This document shows, piece by piece, positions 18,377 through 27,642 of a stretch of 47,298 bases of DNA. Location: contig CAINFN010000266.1 in the NCBI GenBank assembly GCA_903848125.1, forward strand, positions 1 to 47,298. The letters are read 5' to 3'. The position numbers and the translations under genes are program-made. This stretch comes from an uncultured Bacteroidota bacterium (GTDB lineage: Bacteria; Bacteroidota; Bacteroidia; Chitinophagales; Chitinophagaceae). Position 1 is the first letter of the stretch; each line of letters opens with the position of its first letter. The notes under the pieces are model-generated. The model searched no databases. It was not told the DNA's origin and worked only from the letters and a program-made list of their open reading frames with translations.

Positions 18377-20545
18377 TTATTCTATAACATACCAGCTATA
18401 CGAATCGGCTGGTATGTTTACAGTAAAGTCGATGCTGTAATCTCTTTTTAAAGAATATTTAGTAGCCACTCCATTGGAATTGATAATAGTAGCATCTTTA
18501 GAAAGACCTGTATAATATAAGGGCAGAGAAATAATTTTAGTCATTGGTGTATTCGTTGGATTAAAAAATAACATAAACCCTTTTTCTTTTAATTCAGGAT
18601 TTACATGCATCCAACCATCCCAATCTCTTCCATCTGCTCTTCTTAATTGTATGATATCTGAATTTAAAATAGTTCGATATTTTTTATACCAAGTAATGGT
18701 ATTGGCTACCACTAATCTTGTTTTTTCTGTATCATATAAACGTGGCCCTCTATAACAAGCCTGCACACCAGCCCCATAATATTGAACCATGAGTTGCTCA
18801 TACTCTTTTAAATGATCGGATAAAGGCTCCAACACAGCGTCTTCATTGCCTCCTTGATATTTAGTAAGGGGTACAAATCCCCAAGACATAGATGGTGTTT
18901 TTTCAAGAGTGCCATCATGAATATTTTGACGATTTAATAATTTTTGTTGATTTCTAGACAAAGAGAAATTTACTTCTCTATAACCTAAGGCAATTTTGTG
19001 CGTACCATCTAAAAAATACCAATCAGGTGCATTGATGTATACACCACGTTCATTTAGCCAATGATATAATTCTTTTTGAATCTCCATTTGTCTCCATTGT
19101 GAATCATCATATCCTTTGTGGCCCGGATGCGTTGTTGAAGCACAAACATCCCCTGGATAGGGTCCATCGTTTTCCCAAATATCAAATTTAGTTTGAGTGA
19201 AAAAGTATTTGATCTTATCTCTATAGCCTAAACCCCATTTACTTCCAAAACAAGGCGCATTGCCAAAAAATGCACCACCCGGTTTACCGGTTTTAATATC
19301 CACAACATCATCCTCATCACTAATTCGTCTACTACTAAATAAGGAATACCCTCCTAAAAGAATTTTATGTTGATGCGCATAGTTAGTTAAGTCTTTCCAT
19401 TTTTTTATATTGGCTGCCGAACTATCTTCCATGTTTAGATGACTTCCAAAACTTAAAATAACTGCTTCATATCCTGTTGCAACACATTGATCAATGGCAT
19501 TCCTAACTTCTTGATCATTGTTACTAACCAAGTGCATAAAAATAGGATTCTGAGTAGTCCATGGTGCTAGGGTGCGGTACATTTTTTTTAACATTAATCC
19601 TCTTCTTTGTCGGTCATAGCTATCCATCAATAGTTCATTGGTTCGAACCGATTTGAAATTTTCATTAGGTAGTAAGTCAATACCGGGTGCTTTTTCAGGA
19701 TAAATTTCAAGTAAACAAGGTGTTTCATAATTATAATTAACCTGTGAAGTATAATTAGAATCAATTTTCCAATGCGTAGTTTGATCGCTAATGTCATAGC
19801 GCATTGCATTGTTAAAAGCATAATTGGTTTCAAAATAGATACCATGTTGTTTTTTCATTTCTTCTGGCTTACCCACCACTGCACTTTCCTCTTCCACTAA
19901 ACCAATAATTTCATTTACTACTCTGTTTATTTTAACAGACTTAGTTGAATTATTATGTATCGATACCCATTTTGTGATTAAAGGAATGCCGTCGTATAAT
20001 TCATAGTGTACTCTAATAATCATATGCTTAAAAGCAACCAATGGTGAGCTGTATTCAAATTCAATACTAGCACCACTTGGTTGATAGTTTTTTGGTAGCC
20101 AAGTGGTAGGCTTCCAATTGATAAAAGGCTGGATGGTGCCAATGGTATACTTTGAAAAAACAAAATCAGAATCATTTTTTTGCAAATCTTTTATGGTTTC
20201 TGGTTTTAAATATGCTTTTTCTTTCTGACCCGACAAGCCACCCACTTTATAAGTTACTTGGTCAAATATCACTTTTGCTTCCGGTTCAATACTTCTTAGT
20301 AATTGTTGGCCATTGGATAAATTAGTATAATCTATACAAGCTACATTGGGTTGAATGACAAAAACTCTTCTAACTAAACCATTATTTAAAATAATCTGTT
20401 GTCCTTCTTTTGTGATTTTAGCTTTTTGTGTAAAGGGGCTTACAAGCCAATCGGTTTTTTCATTTTGACCTTTTCCAGGTTGACTTGATTGCGAAAAAGA
20501 ACAAATGCTTAAGCCCATTAAAAAGCTTGTAAAATATTTTTTCAT
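18377..20545 (-). CDS. Putative glycoside hydrolase, alpha-galactosidase (clan GH-D)-like, secreted
   Basis: Signal peptide (start MKKYF at 20545); N-terminal beta-rich domain (VHYELYDG.P.ITKW), central barrel with WENDGPYPGD, C-terminal beta domain (FFNPT...LPLYYTGL). Family placement is tentative. Confidence 0.55.
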   Translation of the reverse strand: MKKYFTSFLMGLSICSFSQSSQPGKGQNEKTDWLVSPFTQKAKITKEGQQIILNNGLVRRVFVIQPNVACIDYTNLSNGQQLLRSIEPEAKVIFDQVTYKVGGLSGQKEKAYLKPETIKDLQKNDSDFVFSKYTIGTIQPFINWKPTTWLPKNYQPSGASIEFEYSSPLVAFKHMIIRVHYELYDGIPLITKWVSIHNNSTKSVKINRVVNEIIGLVEEESAVVGKPEEMKKQHGIYFETNYAFNNAMRYDISDQTTHWKIDSNYTSQVNYNYETPCLLEIYPEKAPGIDLLPNENFKSVRTNELLMDSYDRQRRGLMLKKMYRTLAPWTTQNPIFMHLVSNNDQEVRNAIDQCVATGYEAVILSFGSHLNMEDSSAANIKKWKDLTNYAHQHKILLGGYSLFSSRRISDEDDVVDIKTGKPGGAFFGNAPCFGSKWGLGYRDKIKYFFTQTKFDIWENDGPYPGDVCASTTHPGHKGYDDSQWRQMEIQKELYHWLNERGVYINAPDWYFLDGTHKIALGYREVNFSLSRNQQKLLNRQNIHDGTLEKTPSMSWGFVPLTKYQGGNEDAVLEPLSDHLKEYEQLMVQYYGAGVQACYRGPRLYDTEKTRLVVANTITWYKKYRTILNSDIIQLRRADGRDWDGWMHVNPELKEKGFMLFFNPTNTPMTKIISLPLYYTGLSKDATIINSNGVATKYSLKRDYSIDFTVNIPADSYSWYVIE

Positions 20546-20581
20546 ATAAATCAATTTGAATTTTTTATTTGTAAAATCTAA

Positions 20582-21415
20582 TTATTTTTTAAAATACAAA
20601 TAACCCCAGCGACTTGGTATATGCATGTCTATGATCCCAATGGGTGACCATACCCAATTAAATTCCGGAAGGGGCTTCCCATTTTCTCGTAATTTTTTTG
20701 AATAACTAATTCCATTTTTTTCTAAGGTCCATTCTACTCTAGAAAAATCAATTCGCCATGGTTGATCAGTATGTGGCAAATAGTTTCTGCTAGGCTTTTT
20801 CATACAATCATAAGGAATAGCCATTTCAACATACCAACCTTTGTCTATATCTGAATTGTCGTTAAGCGTGCCTTCTAAGCTGGTCGCCGTTATCATTCCA
20901 TCACTATTCCAAGCCATATCCATTGGGCCCCCTTTTTTATAGGATCTAAACATAAACAAGTCCATTACAGTACCAATCGCATTAATTTCAATTTCAAAAT
21001 ACTGATTCTCGTCATTATTTGGATCAATAAAAACCTCAAAATCATGGTCTCTAAAAACAATGTCATCATGATTTTTTAGGGTGGCCCATAAATTGGGTTC
21101 CTTTAAATAGGCGCCAATATATAGGTATTGACTATCCCACAACATTTTCACCTTGGTATCATACAAAGGTTTTGGTTTAAGATCTCCTTCAATGTCTACA
21201 AAAAGCGCACTCCATTTGGCTCTTTTCCAAGCAGGATCAGTAAGGTGGCCATCAATTTGAATGGGACGAGAAGTGTAATTAACTGTATAAGATCTTATAA
21301 TAGGTGTGTCCCCATTTAATTTTTCATTAAAAAAAGACATCGCCTGCAGGTTAAAAAACAAATTAAAAACGATAGACAAAACTACATACCTGACAAAAGT
21401 AAATCCTTTAAACAT
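20582..21415 (-). CDS. CBM9-like / DOMON-like carbohydrate-binding domain protein
   Basis: IQIDGHLTDPAW, TKVKMLWD..YLY, DFEVFIDP, YFEIEINA.G, WYVEMAIP, WRIDFSR; likely start ATG 21415. Confidence 0.8.
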   Translation of the reverse strand: MFKGFTFVRYVVLSIVFNLFFNLQAMSFFNEKLNGDTPIIRSYTVNYTSRPIQIDGHLTDPAWKRAKWSALFVDIEGDLKPKPLYDTKVKMLWDSQYLYIGAYLKEPNLWATLKNHDDIVFRDHDFEVFIDPNNDENQYFEIEINAIGTVMDLFMFRSYKKGGPMDMAWNSDGMITATSLEGTLNDNSDIDKGWYVEMAIPYDCMKKPSRNYLPHTDQPWRIDFSRVEWTLEKNGISYSKKLRENGKPLPEFNWVWSPIGIIDMHIPSRWGYLYFKK

Positions 21416-21495
21416 AGCAATAAATTGTTGTCTATAAATATACAAAAAGCAATTTAATAAAATTAAGAACTTCTAAATAATTCATAACTTTAGGT

Positions 21496-22599
21496 ATGAA
21501 ATATAAGTACCATTTCACCAGCAGCCCGTGTTATATTATTTTACTAATTATAGTGCTTAGCGCTTGTGGTAAAAAATTAGATGCAACTTATCCCACCGTA
21601 AATAAAATAACGCATTCAGTATACGCATCGGGCACTATTAAAAGCGTTGCGCAATATGAAGCTTATTCTAAAGTGAACGGTATCCTAGATCAGCTATTGG
21701 TTAAAGAAGGGGATCTGGTTACAAAAGGACAAACTATTTTAAAATTAGCAAATAAAGCACAAGAGTTGGGTTATGAAAATGCTAAGCTGTTGGCCAATTA
21801 CAGTTCAGAAAATTCAAATCTTGAAAAATTAAATCAGGCCCAAACTGAATTAGAAGTGGCTAAATTAAAAATGGAAAATGAGTTGTCATTACTAGACCGC
21901 CAAAAAAAATTATGGAGTAATGAAATTGGTACTAAAAATGATGTTGATCAAAGAGAATTGGCCTATAAAAATGAAGTGGCGCTTTATAATGCTAGTAGAT
22001 TAAAATTAAATGATTTAAAAAAACAAATAGATTTTCAATCCAAACAAACCCAAAAAAGTGCGGCCATTTCCTCCACTTCAATGAACGATTATGTTGTTAA
22101 AAGCGAAATAGCAGGAAGGGTCTATAGTTTGGCTAAAGAAAAAGGAGAATTAATTACCACCCAAACTCCAGTAGCTATTATAGGTGACGCCAATCAATTT
22201 TATATTGAATTGCAGGTAGATGAGTATGATATCGCATCCTTGAAAAAAGGGCAAAAGGCAATTATTTCAATGGACAGTTATAAAGGAGCCACTTTTGAGG
22301 CAGTGATTGAAAAAATTTACCCTTTAATGAATGAAAAATCAAAATCATTTAAAGTGGATGCTGTATTTATTTCACCATCTAAAAATTTATTTCCCAATTT
22401 AAGTGCCCAAGCCAATATTATTATTGAAGTAAAAGAAAATGCTTTATTAATTCCTCGTTCGTTTTTAATTGATAACGAATATGTTTATCTGGCTACTAAA
22501 GAAAAAAGGAAAGTAAAAACAGGATTGATGGATTATGAAAAAGTAGAAATTTTAGCTGGCATCACAGTTAAGGATGCATTAGTAAAATCTATTCAATGA
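21496..22599 (+). CDS. Efflux periplasmic adaptor (HlyD/MacA family), lipoprotein
   Basis: LSAC lipobox, lipoyl halves (VKEGDLVTKGQ; VKSEIAGRV), coiled coil, VDEYDI. Confidence 0.88.
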   Translation: MKYKYHFTSSPCYIILLIIVLSACGKKLDATYPTVNKITHSVYASGTIKSVAQYEAYSKVNGILDQLLVKEGDLVTKGQTILKLANKAQELGYENAKLLANYSSENSNLEKLNQAQTELEVAKLKMENELSLLDRQKKLWSNEIGTKNDVDQRELAYKNEVALYNASRLKLNDLKKQIDFQSKQTQKSAAISSTSMNDYVVKSEIAGRVYSLAKEKGELITTQTPVAIIGDANQFYIELQVDEYDIASLKKGQKAIISMDSYKGATFEAVIEKIYPLMNEKSKSFKVDAVFISPSKNLFPNLSAQANIIIEVKENALLIPRSFLIDNEYVYLATKEKRKVKTGLMDYEKVEILAGITVKDALVKSIQ

Positions 22600-23855
22600 G
22601 GACAAAGCTGCTTATAAGTATTGCTAAATCCTTGTTATTGGCAAGATGGAAACAAACCTTAGTAGCCGCCGTGGGGGTCACTTTTAGTATTACCATGTTC
22701 ATCACCTTATTGAGTTTTATGTCCGGTTTGAATGATTTATTAGATGGACTAATACTTAATCGCACTGCACATATCAGAATCTACAATGATATTAAACCAA
22801 ATGCCAATCAACCCATTAATAACAATACTGGCTATAAAAATGGGCATAATTTTATTGGATCTATTAAATCTGATGCAAGTCGTCAAGCAATTTACAATAG
22901 TGCTGCTATTATGGATGTTTTAAATAAGGACCCTCGCGTTTTAGGACTATCACCAAAAGTTACAGCGCAAGTTTTTTTTAACGATGGTAGCATTGATATC
23001 ACTGGAAGTGTATTTGGTATTAATTCAACAGAAGAAAGTAAACTATACCACTTTGACGAATACATCACTTCGGGTAATTCTGCCGATTTAAATAAAGTAA
23101 ACAATAGCATCATCTTAGGAAAAGGCTTAGCAGAAAAATTATTGGTAGGCATTGGAGATGCAGTACAAGTAACTACTTCTAAAGGGGATCGTTTTCAATT
23201 AAAAGTTGTGGGTACTTTTCAATCAGGTATCAAAGATTTTGACAATGTTCAAAGCTATGCCTCACTAAATACCGTGCAAAAAATTTTATCGGTGCCCAAA
23301 GATTATGTGACCAGTATTCAAGTTAAATTAAAGGACATTACGCAAGCACCACAAATGGCAAAAGAATATGAAAAACTATTTCAAACCGATGCAGAAGACA
23401 TACAAACCGCAAATTCTCAATTTGAAACAGGTAGTTCAATTCGAACTTTGATATCTTATGCTGTAGGTGTTACCTTACTGATAGTAGCTGGTTTTGGAAT
23501 TTATAATATTCTAAATATGATGATTTTTGAAAAAATGGATTCTATTGCTATCTTAAAAGCAACTGGCTTTTCAGGCAATGATGTAAAAAAGATTTTTATT
23601 TACATCGCTATTTCTATTGGTTTTTTTGGAGGTATTTTAGGGCTCTTATTTGGCTTTGGCCTATCTGCTACGATTGATCAAATCCCATTCAATACGGCAT
23701 CTTTACCTACTATTAAAACCTATCCTATTAATTACAATCCTAAGTTTTATATGATAGGAATAACATTTTCATTAATTACCACTTATCTAGCAGGTTGGTT
23801 TCCAGCACGCAAAGCAAGTAAAATTGATCCAGTAGTGATTATAAGAGGAAAATAA
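22596..23855 (+). CDS. ABC transporter permease (MacB/FtsX/LolC-E type)
   Basis: One N-terminal TM, a periplasmic domain and three C-terminal TMs; IAILKATG, PARKASKIDP; ATGA overlap with the upstream gene. Confidence 0.9.
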   Translation: MRTKLLISIAKSLLLARWKQTLVAAVGVTFSITMFITLLSFMSGLNDLLDGLILNRTAHIRIYNDIKPNANQPINNNTGYKNGHNFIGSIKSDASRQAIYNSAAIMDVLNKDPRVLGLSPKVTAQVFFNDGSIDITGSVFGINSTEESKLYHFDEYITSGNSADLNKVNNSIILGKGLAEKLLVGIGDAVQVTTSKGDRFQLKVVGTFQSGIKDFDNVQSYASLNTVQKILSVPKDYVTSIQVKLKDITQAPQMAKEYEKLFQTDAEDIQTANSQFETGSSIRTLISYAVGVTLLIVAGFGIYNILNMMIFEKMDSIAILKATGFSGNDVKKIFIYIAISIGFFGGILGLLFGFGLSATIDQIPFNTASLPTIKTYPINYNPKFYMIGITFSLITTYLAGWFPARKASKIDPVVIIRGK

Positions 23856-23856
23856 C

Positions 23857-24558
23857 ATGAACAAAATACTAGAAGCAAAAAATATTAATAAATTCTTTCA
23901 TGATCCTGTGCGCATTCAGGTGTTAGAAGAGGTAAATTTTAGTATCAATAAAGGTGAATTTGTATCCTTAACAGGCAAGTCGGGGTGTGGAAAATCAACC
24001 CTGTTATATGTATTGTCTACGATGGATACAGATTATGATGGGACCTTACTAATAGATGGCGAAGAGATGCCGAAAAAGAATGAACCTTTTTTAGCGAAAA
24101 TTAGAAATGAAAAAATTGGCTTTGTTTTTCAATTTCATTATTTGTTAAATGAATTCAACGTTTTAGAAAATGTGATGCTGCCTGGTTTAAAATTAAATAA
24201 GCATAGCAGAGAAGAAGTGGAACATCGTGCCATGGAAAAATTAAAAATATTAGGCATCGATCAATTGGCTTTAAAAAAAGCCAACCATATTTCTGGAGGT
24301 GAAAAACAAAGGGTAGCCATTGCCAGAGCACTTATTAACGATCCTCATATTATTATGGGAGATGAACCTACTGGAAATCTAGATAAAAAAAATAGTGACT
24401 TGGTTTTTGATATTTTTAATAAGCTCTCCAATGAGTTCAATCAAACCTTATTAATCGTAACGCACGATCCAAGTTTTGCAGAACGTACACATCGAATTAT
24501 AAAAATGGAAGATGGAAAAATATTACCATCCGATTCCATAGTCCTCCCCATGGTGTGA
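23857..24558 (+). CDS. ABC transporter ATP-binding protein (LolD/MacB type)
   Basis: GKSGCGKS Walker A, GFVFQFHYL, ISGGEKQR, DEPTGNLD, IVTHD. Confidence 0.95.
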   Translation: MNKILEAKNINKFFHDPVRIQVLEEVNFSINKGEFVSLTGKSGCGKSTLLYVLSTMDTDYDGTLLIDGEEMPKKNEPFLAKIRNEKIGFVFQFHYLLNEFNVLENVMLPGLKLNKHSREEVEHRAMEKLKILGIDQLALKKANHISGGEKQRVAIARALINDPHIIMGDEPTGNLDKKNSDLVFDIFNKLSNEFNQTLLIVTHDPSFAERTHRIIKMEDGKILPSDSIVLPMV

Positions 24559-26427
24559 GCTTCCTCCCCAAATACTTCCATGTTTCCAGTCTAAAAAGAT
24601 GGCATTAATTGGACCATTCGTTCTTTCTTCAAAACTTAAAGTATAGCCCATGCCACGTAAATCTTTACGCACCCAATCTGGGACATTGTTATTTAATAAT
24701 AAATTACCTGGCTTTGGTTTTCTGTCTTCTAATCTTGAACCACCTAAAGACAACCACAATTGATTGGTATTGATATTAGCGGCTTCGGTAGCTTCTTGAA
24801 CCGTCATTCCAAACTCAACTACATTTAAAAAAAATTGTAATAAATTCTGATCCTGCGTGTCACCCCCTTGTACACCAAATGCTAAATAGGGCTTACCTTC
24901 TTTCATTGCAATGCTTGGTGTTAAAGTAACTCTTGGTCTTTTTCCAGGGGCGACTACATTAAAAGGATTGATGCTTGAATCTAATACAAAACTTTGCATT
25001 CTTTGACTCATACCAACTCCTGTATTACCTGCAATCACCGCTGGTAACCAGCCACCGCTAGGTGTTACAGAAACAACCCATCCTTCTTTATCTGCAGCTT
25101 CAACAGTGGTAGTGCCTCTCCACAATCGATCCATATATGCTGCATCGGGAGTATTGTTAATATCATTATATACAATTGCATCATGCGCTGGTAAAAAACT
25201 ATTTTTTGTTTTACTTGTATCCGCATTGGGTTTAAATCCTCTTGATTTTAACAAATCTAAAAAGGGATTCTTTTTTCCTTCATATGGGTAAGGATCACCA
25301 GGTCCCGCATTTGGATTATTGGAAATAAAATTAATTTCACTGGCTCTTTGTTTAGCATACTCTTTACTTAACAATCCTTTCATGGGTTGATTGATTGCAA
25401 AACGCGGATCACCATAATAAAAATCACGATCAGCAAAACTTAAATTCATTGCTTGATAAACTGTATGAATATATCTTGATGAATTATACCCCATACTTTT
25501 CAAGTCAAAATTTTCTAAAATATTTAATGCTTGCAACATGGCTGGACCTTGGGTCCATTGTTGTAATTTATATACTTCAATGCCTTTATAATTGACATGT
25601 GTAGTAGCTTCTTCAACGGGTTGCCAATTTGCTAAATCTTCTTTGGTGATTAATCCGCCTTGCTCTTGCACTCCTCTTACAAACTCATCAGCAATATCCC
25701 CTTTATAAAATCGATCATACGCAGCAGCAATGGCTTCCTTTCTTGACTTTCCCTTTTTTAAAGCTGCTTGTTCTGCATCCACCATTTTTTGTAAAGTGTT
25801 TAATAAATCTTGTTGTACAAAAATTTCACCTGCTTCAGGTGCTTCTCTTTTTTGTCCTAAATGTGGCAACAACACTTTTTTACTATAAGGCCATTCTTTA
25901 ATTTTTGCTTTCCCTTTTTCAATGCTATTAGCTGTTTGCGCTTCTATTGGATAGCCTGCTGCTAATTCCATTGCGGGCGCTAACACTTCCTTTAAACTCA
26001 TAGTGCCATAATGAGTGAGCATATAACAAATTCCTCCAGGTGTACCAGGCGTTGTTGCTGCTAATGGTCCTAGTTCAGGTGGAAAATTATACCCCTTTGA
26101 TTTAAAAAAAGCGGGTGTCGCTCCGGTAGGCGCAACGCCCATTGCATTGATTGCAATGACTTGCTTGGTATTTGGATTATAAATTAATGCTTGCGTTTCT
26201 CCACCCCAACTTAATACATCCCACATAGTGCAAGTGGCTGCCAACATTGCACAAGCAGCGTCTACCGCATTACCGCCTCTGTCAAAAATTTTTGCACCTG
26301 CAGTGGCTGCTAAAGGTTTTCCTGTTATGGCCATCCAATTTTTACCATGTAAGGGTGGCTTTTGTGTTGGTTGTGCCAACAAAGAAATGGACATCACTAT
26401 AAATAATAAGCTAAGGGTCTTTTTCAT
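24523..26427 (-). CDS. Gamma-glutamyltransferase family Ntn-hydrolase, secreted
   Basis: GGNAVDAACA, FYKGDIA, FADRDFYYGDP, GTTTVEAAD (nucleophile Thr), PGKRPRVTLTP, GVQGGDTQ. Confidence 0.92.
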   Translation of the reverse strand: MKKTLSLLFIVMSISLLAQPTQKPPLHGKNWMAITGKPLAATAGAKIFDRGGNAVDAACAMLAATCTMWDVLSWGGETQALIYNPNTKQVIAINAMGVAPTGATPAFFKSKGYNFPPELGPLAATTPGTPGGICYMLTHYGTMSLKEVLAPAMELAAGYPIEAQTANSIEKGKAKIKEWPYSKKVLLPHLGQKREAPEAGEIFVQQDLLNTLQKMVDAEQAALKKGKSRKEAIAAAYDRFYKGDIADEFVRGVQEQGGLITKEDLANWQPVEEATTHVNYKGIEVYKLQQWTQGPAMLQALNILENFDLKSMGYNSSRYIHTVYQAMNLSFADRDFYYGDPRFAINQPMKGLLSKEYAKQRASEINFISNNPNAGPGDPYPYEGKKNPFLDLLKSRGFKPNADTSKTKNSFLPAHDAIVYNDINNTPDAAYMDRLWRGTTTVEAADKEGWVVSVTPSGGWLPAVIAGNTGVGMSQRMQSFVLDSSINPFNVVAPGKRPRVTLTPSIAMKEGKPYLAFGVQGGDTQDQNLLQFFLNVVEFGMTVQEATEAANINTNQLWLSLGGSRLEDRKPKPGNLLLNNNVPDWVRKDLRGMGYTLSFEERTNGPINAIFLDWKHGSIWGGSSHHGEDYGIGW

Positions 26428-26479
26428 ATTTGTATTTTTTAAAGCATTTAAAAATACTTATTTATTTTCAACTTTACAT

Positions 26480-26513
26480 AAAAAGCCCCGCTTCAATACA
26501 TCGAGCAGGGCTT
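26480..26513 (-). terminator. Intrinsic terminator of the 26537-27343 gene
   Basis: Minus strand aagccctgct-cgatgtattga-agcggggctt followed by a T run. Confidence 0.75.
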
Positions 26514-26536
26514 CATTATAAAGTAAACCTTTTTTT

Positions 26537-27343
26537 CTATTTGCTTTTCATTGAAATAGGAATAGAAGGACTTTGAATCCATTTAATAAAATTAGCAACA
26601 ATGCTGTATAAGAAATGGTAAATAGCTAGGTTAACATATAAAACAACTAAACCAGCTACTACATTTACAAATGCACCACCCACTAACAATAGGTCATTGA
26701 TATTCCATAACATATCACCAGTAAAATTTTGTGTGCCTGGCATTTTAAAACCAGTAAATGTGTGTAACACGGTTGTTAAGTACTCTAATCTTAAAGCACT
26801 AAACAAGGTATTTAATCCATCCATAGGTAAACCAGCAATGCCACTTACAGCACTTAATGGCACTTCTGTAGCTGCATTGAATAAATTGGTATCAAATAGG
26901 AATGATAAAGTAAAGCAACAAGCACCTATAAAGGCACCTACCGCTACCACTTCCCCTACTATTCTTATATTAGTAGTAACAAAATCTTTAAAAATAAATC
27001 CTACCATGCCGTGATGCGAAGCGCCAAGGCTTTCCCCTCTAGCTCTAATAATGTGTGCAATAGGAAAAGCTGAATAAACCAGCAAAATAGTAGTAAGCAC
27101 GCTACCCATTTTGGCAAGTCCTGTACTCGTTGCATTGGTAAAGTAAGCCATAGCACCATGTATAATGGCTACTTCCATCATAATAAACACCACAATGGAT
27201 ACGAACTGATAGATACTTTTGGTGTAAGCTCTAACGCCATCTTGAGAATCGAAATTATCCACTGCTGCATTTAACTGCGCATTCAAAACCTTTTGATTGA
27301 CCATCTGTGGAAAATCAAGGATTTGTTGATAGATTTTTTTCAT
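26537..27343 (-). CDS. Hypothetical multi-pass membrane protein
   Basis: 268-aa ORF with several long hydrophobic segments, an A-rich leader and its own terminator; no motif recognised. Confidence 0.75.
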   Translation of the reverse strand: MKKIYQQILDFPQMVNQKVLNAQLNAAVDNFDSQDGVRAYTKSIYQFVSIVVFIMMEVAIIHGAMAYFTNATSTGLAKMGSVLTTILLVYSAFPIAHIIRARGESLGASHHGMVGFIFKDFVTTNIRIVGEVVAVGAFIGACCFTLSFLFDTNLFNAATEVPLSAVSGIAGLPMDGLNTLFSALRLEYLTTVLHTFTGFKMPGTQNFTGDMLWNINDLLLVGGAFVNVVAGLVVLYVNLAIYHFLYSIVANFIKWIQSPSIPISMKSK

Positions 27344-27642
27344 ATTGGTTTGGTTTGGTTTTTAATTAAGCAATTCGGCATATAGAAATTACAATTAAAT
27401 AGTATATAAATGATCATCATTAATTTTGATTCTACGAATCAGCCCTGGATAAAATTTTTAATTGATTGACTATCAGTATATAAGGAAGAATAAAATAAAT
27501 TCTATAAAAAATATCTTTATGTTTTTCTTAACATTTAATTTTTGTAAACCAAGTAAGTAGCAAGCTGTTTAAACTATTGAACAAGAGTTGATTATTATTA
27601 AAAAATGATATAACTTAATCTTTGATTAATCTATAAGTAAGC

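Noticed and set aside
27345-27361. (TTGGT)3 short tandem repeat, with a similar run at ~36531
   Set aside because: It reads as an AAACC-rich unstructured leader before minus-strand start codons, common in Bacteroidota, and is too short for a phase-variable tract.
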